A program made the translations under genes and the position numbers. 64,000 nt of DNA from Schmidtea nova. Lineage: Eukaryota. The DNA is taken from the NCBI GenBank assembly GCA_044892505.1, contig CM097882.1:25978001-26042000 (forward strand), in the 5' to 3' direction. The notes under the pieces are model-generated. The model searched no databases and was not told the origin of the DNA. It saw only the letters and a list, made by a program, of their open reading frames with translations. Of this stretch, positions 33,830 through 46,450 are shown piece by piece (the first letter of the stretch is position 1; each line of letters opens with the position of its first letter).

Positions 33830-36061
33830 TTAGAAATTCTTCTTTCTTGCTTTGAAGTTTGCAAACTCATTGATTACTTCTGCATAATTCATTTTTGCTG
33901 CTTCTTTGTGTTCAATAGATAGTTTTGCAAGATTCCGCAATCTGCTTTGGCCAATAAAATTTCTTTTGTGTTCCTTTATCATTTTCAATTTACTAAATGA
34001 GCGTTCGACACCAGCTACTGTAACCGGAAGTGTAAAAAACAACATGAAAGCTGTATATATTTCAGAAAATTCACTTTCTAAACAGTTGTACTTTGAGAAG
34101 CAGTTTTAAAAAAGATTTTAATGTCATTTTTTCATTTAATTCTTGCCTTATTAGACAAATTGCATGCTGAAACTGAATGTGAAACTTTAAGGAGAACACT
34201 TCTGGGTATTTCTTTTCGAATTTTGAGCATAATTTTAAAATGTCTGCTTCAGGCAAATTTACAATATTTTTGGCTCAAGAACTCCAAAATTTTTAACAAA
34301 TGTTTGCATCCCTATAAAACGCTGCTTAATCTGAGCATTTATTTTGTCTAGAACGAAATAAAATACTTCAACTTTGAATAGTTGTTCCTTGCTATCAAAG
34401 CGATAATCTAAAGCTAACTCATTAAAATGTCGTCTAATGCGTGGCTATCGTTTTGGTTTAAAATTATTGTTAATTCTCTACTTTTTGGCTTGTTCTACAG
34501 CCTCTAATTTCAATTGTTCATACGATTTTCTCTAGTCTTGAAAATTTTCACTGACACGATTTAACACAATAGACGCTTCATTTGAGTCAATGTCTTTCTT
34601 CTGCAGAGTTTTCGATGCATAATTAATTTCGCACATGACTTTATATAAAAATATACTCAAAAAAAAACGAAATCAAATGTCTCCATCTTTTTCTGTATTT
34701 GAATTGCCTCATCTCTCTTCCTTTTTTTGATTTAAGACTGATTTCAGTCAAAGCTTTTAATATATCAACAAAACAAACTTTAACAGCTGCCAGGGCTGTA
34801 TTCTACCTGACCAACGAGTTGGATTAAGTTTTTTTAAGGTAATCTCTGACTCGCCACTAAATAGAGAAAGAATATTCCACTTCTTTATACTGCTTCCAAA
34901 AACCGCATAAATATTCTGAAGAGTGGAAAATATAACAAAACTGCGTGGTAGTCACTAACACAGTCATTAATTACTAAATTGAGATTGTGACTGGCGCAAT
35001 GCACATACTCTGCATTTGGTTGGATCCGTTTAATCCTTGTATGTATACCATTGTACACACACTCATGACACTAGACCCATCATAGCCCTGTCCATAGCAT
35101 TTTTCTATTGTAATATTCATTTCCATCAGTATCTTCATTACCTGATCAGTCATACCTTCTGCGGAATGGTCCTTTAATTCATAAAATCCTAGAAAGGTTT
35201 CAATAATTTCAAAATTTATTGGTATTTGGTTAGTGCTCCGAAGAATGTGAATATTTCGTATAATAATACTTAGATCATCAATTTTTGTGATGTCTTGTGT
35301 TGTGTTCAACATTAGAATATAAAATGGCGCCGCATTAATCTTTAATATCAATTCTTTTAGAAGTTTTTTTCCCAAACATTGTATTAGTTCATTTTGAATT
35401 GTTGGACTTACATATCTAATTGATCCAGATGGCATATCTATTATCTGCTTTATGACATAATCATAATGGGCAAGCAATTGAACCTGTGAAAGAAAATGTC
35501 CGTTATAATCATCTTAAAATCCTACTCGTTGTCCACGAAATGATAAAGAAATTTTGGCTACCATGAGTGTTATATGGATTAAACGTTCCAGAACCACCTT
35601 CCAAAAAGAGGATTCATATCGTATTTGTTCAGCATTTTTATCGATGGTTTTATTTTTTCTCCATATCTTGTACACTGCACATGCTCCAATGTGTTGCTGA
35701 GAACCCCTATGCGCATTTATGCGTCATGATAAATTTCGCCAATCTCTTAAACCAGAACGCCATTGGCCTTTGATATTCGAGAAAAGCCAACAAGGTTCAC
35801 AATATGTTGCGTCTAAAAAGTGGAATAACAGAGCCACAAACGTGGTACGGTACCATATTTTTCCCTGGAGTAATAACACGTTTCACTAAAACATCTATTT
35901 TCTTGGCCAGGATCTTTAGGAAACGGTCCTTTTGGTCTATGAGGTGAAAGATTTATTATTGTTCTCTTTGTTTCATCAGAAATATTTTGATTTAGATATT
36001 TACCAAGATCAGTTGAAACATTTAATTTCGTCTGTGTCAGTTTGAATAATATCGTCATCAT
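33830..36061 (-). pseudogene. hAT transposase remnant (TTF zinc finger/DUF4371/dimerisation domain type)
   Basis: RLWLCYS, YVSPTIQNELI, QGYDGSSVM and LPVTVAGVERSFSKLK..RL.NLA.LSIE. A possible terminus near 32463 would place the mariner inside it. Confidence 0.85.
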
Positions 36062-36375
36062 TATTTGGCACTTCTTTTAATACGTTACTATTTTTCTCTT
36101 CACAAATTTTCACTAATTTGACATCATCAAACTCATAATCCTGACTCCTCTCTATGATTTGTTGTTGTTTTCTACTGTTTTAAACTTAAAGCCTAAACTC
36201 GAGCATACAGTATATCGAGCTCAGAGACGCATTTGAGCACACACACACGCATACATAAAAAATACATAATACGTTGTGAAATTGTAACTTTTTATCAGGT
36301 AACTGTAGTAGATATATATTGAATAAAATCTTTGAACCAGTGTTGTCTTATTTATTTATATTAGATACCAAGTTG

Positions 36376-36688
36376 NNNNNNNNNNNNNNNNNNNNNNNNN
36401 NNNNNNNNNNNNNNNNNNNNNNNNNNNNNNNNNNNNNNNNNNNNNNNNNNNNNNNNNNNNNNNNNNNNNNNNNNNNNNNNNNNNNNNNNNNNNNNNNNNN
36501 NNNNNNNNNNNNNNNNNNNNNNNNNNNNNNNNNNNNNNNNNNNNNNNNNNNNNNNNNNNNNNNNNNNNNNNNNNNNNNNNNNNNNNNNNNNNNNNNNNNN
36601 NNNNNNNNNNNNNNNNNNNNNNNNNNNNNNNNNNNNNNNNNNNNNNNNNNNNNNNNNNNNNNNNNNNNNNNNNNNNNNNNNNNNNNNN
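36376..36688. other. Assembly gap (N)
   Basis: N run. Confidence 1.
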
Positions 36689-36824
36689 ATTGAAACTTGA
36701 TTGGTTGATAATTTGTTCAATAATAACTTTTTAAAAAAATTAATAAACAAATCGGAAATTTATCACTTTTAATTTATATATCACAGAAAATTTTCTATAC
36801 ATTTACTTAAATAAAAAACTTTAG

Positions 36825-38039
36825 ATGAATAAAACATACTTTTGTCAGAAATCGAAGCCGGTTTTCATTGCCTGCATTTTTATTCCTCTTTCAATTTTGG
36901 GTATTTGTGGCAATTTTCTTCTTTTGACAGTAATGTTAAGACTGAAATTGAGAAAAAAAACTTTTTCCCGATTCCTGCAACTACTTGCCATATCAGATTC
37001 AATTTGTATCGCATTTCTTTTATTGGAATTCCTTGAAAACTTATATAGTAAGTTGATTACCATATCAAATGACAACGGTTCATTTGATAAGCTGCTGATC
37101 AATGATTATTATCTTTATCCCCGTACTGATATTCATTGTAAAATTGAACAATTCTTAAAGCATACTATTCTGTTGATTTCGGCTTCTACAAATGCGATTT
37201 TGACCATCGAGCGTTTCATGGTCATATTCTTTCCCTTAAATGGTAAAGTTTTGTGTACGACCCAATCAATTACTATCGTCATCATGACAACGGTCATCGC
37301 CAGTCTTTACATTCAGACTTTTAGAATTGTGTTCACAATATCAATCGGAAACAAATGTATGTTTCGTACTAAAGATCTAATTTTTGGCTATTATGCAGAT
37401 GAAATAATTGGAGGTTTGTTAATATTTTTAGTGCCATCTATAATCATTTTATTGTTTAACGCAATGATTCTTGTTAAAATCATAAGCTTCTCTCCCCATA
37501 TCAAATCAATGTCAGCATTACAACAGACCAACCGAAATTATAATTTACATAATTACTCTATCCAAGAAACGCAACCTTTCATTCAAGGTCACACCTGTTT
37601 GAGAAACCATTTCATCGTCAGGTCTTCGAATAATTCCGATTTTGGATTGTTTGTCTGCTCAAAGTGCGGAATCATGCTTCGAAGTCCGAATATTCGAATT
37701 CTCAAGAGTCGTCGGCGAGCTACGATGATTCTTTTATTCATTACATTTTCCTACGTCATCAGCCACATCGGTTATTCAACCTTGACCTTCTATTTTCTCT
37801 GTCGAATACACCAAGTGATTATGCTGCCATCAAACTCGACGGAATTGAATTCAGTTATTTTAGACATTTATCATTCGCTAGCTCCGGCGTCTTGCTATTG
37901 GTTTGACGCATGCATGACCTTGAAACTCATCGGTTATGGAGGGAATTTTTTTATTTATTTGCTCTTTGAAAAATCATTTCGAAATGAACTGTTGATCATT
38001 TTTAGTCGCTGGAGAAGACTGATAAGTCGTAGAATTTGA
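36825..38039 (+). CDS. Intronless rhodopsin-family 7TM receptor (peptide/chemoreceptor-like orphan), 404 aa
   Basis: GICGN (TM1), LAISD (TM2), TIERF..IFFPL (TM3), FLVP (TM5), RRATMIL (TM6), GNFFIY..FR (TM7/H8). Confidence 0.9.
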   Translation: MNKTYFCQKSKPVFIACIFIPLSILGICGNFLLLTVMLRLKLRKKTFSRFLQLLAISDSICIAFLLLEFLENLYSKLITISNDNGSFDKLLINDYYLYPRTDIHCKIEQFLKHTILLISASTNAILTIERFMVIFFPLNGKVLCTTQSITIVIMTTVIASLYIQTFRIVFTISIGNKCMFRTKDLIFGYYADEIIGGLLIFLVPSIIILLFNAMILVKIISFSPHIKSMSALQQTNRNYNLHNYSIQETQPFIQGHTCLRNHFIVRSSNNSDFGLFVCSKCGIMLRSPNIRILKSRRRATMILLFITFSYVISHIGYSTLTFYFLCRIHQVIMLPSNSTELNSVILDIYHSLAPASCYWFDACMTLKLIGYGGNFFIYLLFEKSFRNELLIIFSRWRRLISRRI

Positions 38040-38539
38040 GTTGAAATGGATTTCCTAAGGTTTCGTTGTTATTTTCTTTGATTAAAATTTATTAATTTTC
38101 TTTCAAAAACAATTTTTGTTTGTTTGACTAAATATTTTAAAACTAATTGAAAATTAATTGAGTTTATTAAAGTTGAAAATCTTTCTCTTTAATTATAAAT
38201 GAAAGAATTGTAATTAAGAATTGGACTACCAACCCTCTGGGTTACACTTTTATTATTAGAGTGGTATTTCGACTAACGCGCGTAATTCGTTTCTGACGGG
38301 GGTTCGTATCTCGAAGCACAATTTCACTATACAATGTACGGGTAATCAAATAATCCGTTCTCAGATTAAAAATTTTTTAAAAATATCAAATAATAATAAA
38401 TAACTTTTCTCACCTAAATTACAAAATTGTAAATAAACGGAAAAGAAAAGAGAATAAGCATTTTTTTGGAATCATTGTGCATTTTTGGATACCATTACAA
38501 ATTGTTATTTATCAAATGTTTCATTTGTCATGACATATA

Positions 38540-39056
38540 TAGCATTTTCGCGTTAAATTAGACACTTTCCATTTTAAATTAGACACTTTCGAATTTGAAT
38601 TAGACACTTTAAAAGTTGAATTGGACACTTTAAAAGTTGAATTGGACACTAATTATAAAACCCCTACTATTTAATATACGTGTTTTTATAAAAATACTTT
38701 ATAGACAGAACATATCAACTAAATTCCCGCCCAAAAATATATAATCGTTTGAAATCATTTATCATGTCAAATGGTCGATATTATGAATTTTCTGAGGGAT
38801 CAAACATTGAAGAAACTGAAATTGATGGTGCGGATGTGCATGAAAATCGCAAATCTCCTATAAAGAAATCGTATGCCAAATCCACCCGGGACGTTAAAAT
38901 TATTCTTATTTGAAATATATATTCACGTCTTTTACAGTTTTATAACTAGTGTCCAATTCAACTTTTAAAGTGTCCAATTCAACTTTTAAAGTGTCTAATT
39001 CAAATTTAAGTGTCTAATTTAAAGTGGAAAGTGTCTGATTTAACGCGAAAATGCTA
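38540..39056. mobile_element. Foldback MITE with ~120-bp TIRs built from ~21-bp repeats
   Basis: TAGCATTTTCGCGTTAAAT... / ...ATTTAACGCGAAAATGCTA, flanked by TA. Internal (G)GACACTTTAAAAGTTGAATT repeats. Confidence 0.8.
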
Positions 39057-39178
39057 TACGTGATGTGTCCAATAAGTGCTTATTCGACATGAAATAATTA
39101 CTTTATCAAATTGATATTGCAAGCGATTATACATCTTTAATATGTTTAGGTCAAGAAAAGTATTTTTGTTTTTCTAAA

Positions 39179-39553
39179 CTATATATTTAAATCTTTTTCA
39201 TTTAATTTAAATTTTAAAATCTTTTTCACAAAATCTTTGATTATTCGGAAAAATTCATTACTGGAATTCGAACATCGCCTGTACGCTAAAGCAGCATTTA
39301 AATCATTTGCTAGATTAGCTGGTTTGGATGGTGATTGGATTCTGCTTCTATAATTTGCTTCTATATTTGGGGAATCATATTTCCTTGTTGCTTCGATTGA
39401 CAAAAATGTCTTGATAAATATCTCACGATGTTCTTCAGCAACCTGAGTTAATTTGAAGAACTTTTCTATTTCATCCAAGAATTTTTCGGTATCGTCTCTA
39501 ATGATGAAAATATTTGGTGGTTTAATAAATTGCAGCAAAGGAGTGATCACCAT
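39179..39553 (-). pseudogene. gypsy gag-like fragment
   Basis: KPPNIF...EKFLDEIEKFFKLTQV...FLS..A..Y resembles capsid N-termini. Motif resemblance only. Confidence 0.45.
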
Positions 39554-40399
39554 ATTAAGATTATTGATTTTTCTTTGCTCACAAATAATAATTCAAAATA
39601 TTTTCCAAAGTATATATATATATTTGTAATGTACGCACTCCAATCCGGTTTTGGTTTTTTATTGCCAATCGGTTCACTTTTGTGTGTTTGTATAGTGTAA
39701 ATGTTGTATATTTTTTATTTTTATTGTCGTGATTTCTATGATCCCCGTCATGGGCGCTATAATCACAAAGAGCGGACACAGGATATCCCTATAGTGTTTG
39801 TAGACCCCTAGTTATTTTTATTTGGCTGATAATAATTATCCAAAAAATGAATTTAAAAAATTTTAAAAAATCAATACAACAATGCTATAGCATTGGCAAT
39901 GAAAAATTACAAAAAATCAATAAAAAAATTAAGAATAAAATTTAATACCAAAAAAGAAAGTTTGAGAAAATATAACTATCTAAGAATTGGAGATTTCTTA
40001 CAACCAACTTTAAAAAATAAAGAAAACATTCCAAAACTAGACTAGAAAAGGGATAAATAGATAAAGAAAACCCGAAATACGAAAATTATCGAAGAAATTA
40101 ATACAAGAATAAGATTAAATCAACAAAGGAGAAATAACTAACCAAAGTTAAAAAAATCAAATCAGAATTGTCAAACGGGTAAAATTTATAGAGAGGCAAG
40201 AAAGAATTCCTATTGTAAAGAGACAAAAGAATCCTACTTGTAGATTAACTATAAAGGAAATCTATTACAACTATCAAATAAACACCACAACTATCTAAGC
40301 AAAATTTTAAGACTATTGAAATTAACTGATACATTTCAAGACTGTCCACATATTGCGTGAGCAGTGTTTATTTTTATTTTAAATAAAGTTCGTGGTTAA

Positions 40400-40546
40400 N
40401 NNNNNNNNNNNNNNNNNNNNNNNNNNNNNNNNNNNNNNNNNNNNNNNNNNNNNNNNNNNNNNNNNNNNNNNNNNNNNNNNNNNNNNNNNNNNNNNNNNNN
40501 NNNNNNNNNNNNNNNNNNNNNNNNNNNNNNNNNNNNNNNNNNNNNN
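40400..40546. other. Assembly gap (N)
   Basis: N run. Confidence 1.
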
Positions 40547-41169
40547 GCAATCATACCTATATACATACGCATTCACCCCGATTGTCCCTACACCAATTGG
40601 AGCCTCTTTCGGGCTCTTACAAATCTCTAATCATACAACAATTCACATTAACGATTACAAGTCACAAATAACTAACCCATTTTAATAATTATGATATAAC
40701 TAATTTACATATATATATATAGAATTTTTAAAAATTTACCGTAAATTAAAATATCCAATTTTACATTCGATTTTTCTTATAATTAAAAAAATAGATTTTT
40801 CAGATAATGAACAATAAATATTTTGAAAGCTCATGTTTGATTAGATGAACCACTGAAATGATTAATAAAATTCAGTTTTCCCATTAATCAAAATAATCCA
40901 TTTCTCTTTTAGATATATTTCAAATGCGTTTTATCGAAAATCTTTTTCCCAGACTCGAGGCCTTATAAAGTTTTTCATTAACTTTCGAAGGAAAACGAAC
41001 AACTAATTAATAATGAAAACTGACATAAATGTAATTTTGATTTTTTGTAGCTGTATACTTTTAATTGATGAGATTTTATTTGAAAAGTTATTCTCGAAGA
41101 AAACTTATTATTGTGTTCTTGAAATCAAAAATTATCAATGAATGGTTTTTAGAAATTTATGAATATTCA

Positions 41170-41330
41170 CAACAATTTTCTTTGCATCACATAATTCGGC
41201 ACTTACCTGTCTTGAAAAATGTTATCTGATACTTATTAATGCTTCTATCAACGAGCTGCTGTGGTTTACCCATTGGAAATTCTAGATGAGACAAGGAACA
41301 TTTTCCTGTACAATTTATGTTACTTAACAT
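41170..41330 (-). pseudogene. Second, diverged copy of the TBP-like gene (first repeat only)
   Basis: MLSNINCTGKCSLSHLEFPMGKPQQLVDRSINKYQITFFKTGKCRIM*C aligns with MLSNINYKGKCLVPGMIFPSGKPKQVVDRSG-KYPIIFFKSGKCRVIGC. Not in the ORF track. Confidence 0.8.
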
Positions 41331-42239
41331 TATTTTATTGATTTTTTTTTCAAATAATTTCTAAACTATGATTAACTATAACGACATCTTGATATTTTCC
41401 TCAGACATTAAACTTGTTGGGTTATTAATGAATAGTTGGTTGGTATCTGACTCCTGTGTTCTTTCTTTCACAACAATAAATTAGACTCAACACAAGTTTT
41501 TATTTCTCCAATTCAATCACAAAAATAATACCAATATCTGCACTCTGCGTTACGGTAGAAAACCAAATGGGAGATCCCCCTTTCTGGTATGCAGGAAAAT
41601 TACTAAATTGATACTCTTTAACTTTCAATTGCTATTTTCAGTTTCCTTTTTGACTTTAAGCTCCTCACTCAATTCTTTAAATCTTTCTTCGACCAACTGG
41701 CAATTTGCTGTTTTCCTTGCCGCTTTTATAGTTTACCAAGTTTTTAACAAATTGATTATGTTTCCTGATTTGAGATGAAATTGGACTATACATTTCCGTA
41801 ATTTGATTTTTGTTAGTTAGAATTTATTCTAATTTGATTTATTTGATCCGCTCTTTTGGTAATTTTATTTCATCTCGGGTTTCCTTTTGCTCGGCTCTCC
41901 ATTAGCCCAGATCTCCCATGCACTCAGGCTATCCCTTGACACGGGTTTTCTACATAACTAATAAATAATTCATTAATAATTCATTAATTTTTAATTTATT
42001 TCTATTTACTGAATATCTTTTTCTGGGGAGCCCCCCATTGATATTTTATTATCATATTCGTACTCGTACCCCTTAGTAAATACCAATTTCCCTAGTTAAA
42101 TCTTTATTTTTAATTTTCCCACCTTTTTAATTAATTTTTTGTACTTATTTATTATTTGTGAATTCAACGCTTTTCAGTCACTTTATTGAGTTTTTCTCCA
42201 ATCCCCTCCGCACTCTCATTTTACTTGTACCACTTCAGA

Positions 42240-42490
42240 CTGACCTCAACAAACTCCATAGAACTCATATCGACAAAATATTTTCTTGCAAAGATGTCAA
42301 ACTAATTCCAGAAAAACTTGAAGCAAAAACAATATAAACCTTCAAAAGACAGTCAAAAGTCTCCGGAGTTTCCTGGGCTCTGTCAATTTTTACAACCTTT
42401 TTATTAAAAGGCCTCTTTTTTATTTTCACCATTAAAGGAAGTCTTATTTTATTTTAGAGAAAATGCTAAATTCATAGACGTGTATATTAT
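42240..42490 (+). pseudogene. gypsy RT C-terminal remnant
   Basis: KTVKSLRSFLGSVNFYNLFIK. Confidence 0.55.
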
Positions 42491-45400
42491 GGCATATCAA
42501 TTCCAGGTTGTCAAAGGCAAATTTTATCTTTAAACCTAAGAAAAAATGCATTTAATTCAGTTCATAATCTTCATCAAACAGGCATTTACAATACTTACTA
42601 TTACATTCACTATTACATTAAATAAGATAAAATAATATCTACACATCAAAATTATAAAACCCCAACAAAATTAAGTCAAATAAGTCAAATCAAAATTGAC
42701 TGGAATAAATCAAGTCAAAATTAAGATAATAAAATAAATTATTACTTTAAATATCAATTAAGATCTACAAATTAAATAAAAAACACTTCGAAAAGATTGA
42801 ATCAAAGTTAAAATCAATAAAATCAATAACTTTTCAAAATCAATAAAATCAGTAAAATCAATATTTAAAAATCCATCAATAAAATCCATCATAATAATTG
42901 GACTAGAATCAATAAGGTTCATGAAATTTTTTCATTATTCTTTGCAAAGTTTATATTGATCCTATACTTGCTTGAGCCTATTATGTGATATTTTAATTAT
43001 AAAATCTTTATTATTTTCTCATCTTTTAACACGCATCACTATTTGCTACCCGCTCATTCTTTTTCCCCGTAAAATATCGATTTTTAAAATTTTCAATTAT
43101 TAATTAATTTTTGTACTTTATTTATTACATTTTTGAATTTTATCCTTCATATTGATTTACATATAATTTTCTGTTAAATTTTACTTTATTTTTGCATCAA
43201 TTTCGACAACACCAACACGTAATCATGAATTTTTTTAAAAATAAAAATTGCAAATTATCAAATTGAATATATTGTTGGGTAAAGAAAATAATAATAGTCA
43301 GTAGTAAGTAATAATAGTCGTTGTCTCTGACTCCTCATGCTCTTTATATAAATTAATAACAGTCCAATCTATACTTAAATTCAATTTATTGCAAAAGATG
43401 ATAAAAATTGTACTCTCTGTTGATCACAACTCAAAAAATAAATGTTTTAATATTCCGTCCGTGTTTTGTCGTGAGATGTCTTGACTACGCACTTTAAAAC
43501 AATAATAACCTTTCGATATTTTGACTTTATTTTGATCTTACTTGGTCCTTTAAGTTTTTCTGATAGATTGTTTCAAATAAATTTATTATTCCCTCTGGGC
43601 CTAATCTCGGTTTCTTCTTTCATATCTGAGGTAAAATACCTATTGCTTTCAATTTTCACTTCCCTTATAAAGTGAAATGATCCTTTTGATTAATTATTTT
43701 TGAACCAAATCGTATTTGTTTAACTATGTTTTAACAACCTTTTCTTTACGGTTTTCTCGAATATTGTTAGGAAAATAATTATGGGTAATTGCATACTTAA
43801 GCTTTTTCTTCGTAATAACGCTGTTTTGTTTGCTCCCATTAATCATGCTGTCGAGATAATGATCTTTCAAAATTCACTTTGTTTACTTTCCTTGTTGTTT
43901 ACCAAGCTCAGGTTTTCCTTGATTAATTTACGATTTCCTGTTTTTTAAACATTCGAATGTTTGTCAACCTTTCTAAACTTTTTCTGATAAATCGATCAGC
44001 ACCATGTTCTTCACCATTACCTAATTTATATAAGACCCGTTTTCCAAATCCAAATTCGATAAATTTACCATTTATTAATTTTTTGCAAATTGCATATTTT
44101 TACATTTCGTATCTAATTATAAACTTTTTCTATCATTGTTTCCATCATGATTCCAATTGCTATCAATTCTCTGTTAGATTATATTTCTTTCTGTCTATTT
44201 CGTTTGGTTTCAATTTCATTTTCTATTCTAAATAATTTTAATTTATTATCCTCAACCGTAACTTTAAAAATAAAATCGACGTTCTACAGAAAGTAATTCA
44301 AAATCATTTAAACGTAAAACATAAAAATTAATATAAATTTTTAATTTTAAATTACTAAAAAATCAAATCATTAAATTAATTTTCATTTTAACTCAGGAAA
44401 CTGTTTTTTTTATTTTTCAATTAAAAATAAATATTGAGGAAATCTGTGGAAATTCTTTCCGATTTTAAAATTTGTTATTTACAATTGGTTGAAGAATTAA
44501 AATTTATTTTCATCATTATTATCTTTATAAAATATAAATAACCCAATATTTATATAAATAAAATAACAACGGGAAAATGGTAGTAACAAGAGCCTGTCAC
44601 AGATTCTATAGGAGACACATGTGAAATTTAAAAAATTAATTCATTTAAAAAAACATGAAATGACTATTAAAATAAGAAGTAAATTTTTTTTAAAAAACTG
44701 TTAGAAATCAAAGGATTAAAGAGCAGGGTAAACGCTAAATTATAAAAGAAAGCAAGCAGTGTTTAAAAAAGTAACAACCACTGACAAGGATATAATATTG
44801 GTTAATAATTTACTTAAAAAATATTTGACAGAAAACCTTAGTATACAATGGATCAAAAATTACGACATTCCTATAACACGGCTTCATTATAAGATAACTT
44901 GATTTAACAGTATAACGATCACTAAAAACTCTATGATACAAACAAACTCACCTATATGTTAACAGTACGCAAACGGTGTGCTAACAATGAATTCTTTTAT
45001 GTGATAGTAAAATGGGTAGAAAAAATCATTAACCACGAAAAGGTAGTATATAGTAAAAATGCATGCAAACTGTTAATGCATTAATTTCTATCAATGAATA
45101 AAAACACATAATAAATTTTAAACACACATCAAAGTTTGGTGTGTTATTCAAATTTTTTACTCAGAATTTTGTAGTGGGTGCCTGATATTGCGCAAAATTA
45201 TAAGTTGACAGAAGTGAGCACATACCACCACTTTTTTCGTGGTCACTGTTATTAACGTAAACACACATATATTAATATGTAATCATCAGTTTTAGATAGC
45301 AAATAAATTAATATATAATAACTCTAGGTGGTTATATAGCACACATACTATGACGTCATCAAAGTCACGAACAATTTATAAATGTTAATTCAGTTAAATT

Positions 45401-45699
45401 GTATTTAAATTATTTTTGTTTTAATTTTAAGTGACAATTTTAAATTAAATGTACATCATTTTAAATGATTTTTAACCGAAAAACTCAAAATTTAAAATAA
45501 GTGGGCAAAAGTTGTGAGGATGAAACATGTATTAATATTTGTAAAAACCAGCGAAATAAGTATTTTTACACAATAAAATAATTTTAAAAATCATAAAAAT
45601 AGTACACATATCAGGAAAAAACAAACTGGGACAAATACAATAAAAAATTTGAAAATTAATTAAAATAAATTATTGAAATATAGAACACAATGAAAACAA

Positions 45700-46104
45700 A
45701 ATTTTTCATAAAGCTTTATATATTAAAATACTGGATCTGAGAGTTGTAGATGATAATCTGTATTGAGTGATTGAACTGGATTGTTAACTTGATCTTGCGA
45801 TTGGTCTATAAAAGAATCACATCCCTTAAAATGCCCATATTCTAAACTCTTATTTTTACACACCAATTTCTTATATCAATTAAGTTAGTTACTGCAATTT
45901 TATTATTCTTTATTGTAAATAATTGATGGTTTTTACTCACTATTCGAGATCATGATAAAGAAACCATCGAATTATTACGGTAACATTCCAGTTATGATTG
46001 ATATTTAATGTCAGTACTCTTTAATGTTATCCCTTTAGCCTTAATGTTTTCTTTATAGCTTAAAAAACTATAACATTTAGGTCTTAAAATACCCACTTCT
46101 TATA
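45700..46104 (-). pseudogene. pPolB C-terminal fragment, truncated at 46105
   Basis: LRPKCYSF..NIKAKGITLK...SKNHQLFT in broken frames. Confidence 0.8.
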
Positions 46105-46166
46105 AGTAGGTAGTTAATGGCCCTCACGGCCACCTCAAAATTCTACCCAACCCCCCTAGAAAAAAA

Positions 46167-46450
46167 GTGGCCCAGAGGGCCACTATGTTTTTTCGTCGAT
46201 CTTTTGTATAGGAAAATTTTTGTCGGTCTTTTGTACAGGTGACCCAGAGGGCCACTATGTTTTTTCGTCAATCTTTTGTGTAGGAAAATTTTTGTCGGTC
46301 TTTTGTACAGGTGGCCCAGAGGGCCACTATGTTTTTTCGTCGATCTTTTGTATAGGAAAATTTTTGTCGGTCTTTTGTACAGGTGGCCCAGAGGGCCACT
46401 ATGTTTTTGGGTCGATCTTTTGTATAGGAAAATTTTTGTTGGTCTTTTGG
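46167..46450. repeat. 72-bp tandem repeat x4, each with a GTGGCC-CAGAG-GGCCAC hairpin
   Basis: Unit starts at 46167, 46239, 46311 and 46383. Confidence 0.95.

Noticed and set aside
18649-40685. ORFs containing X runs (18649, 36319, 36361, 40379, 40392)
   Set aside because: Artefacts of N gaps.
43200-44260. Penelope N-terminal remnant (minus strand, VINL...FSLP-like)
   Set aside because: Only a weak motif resemblance in broken frames; not enough to call.
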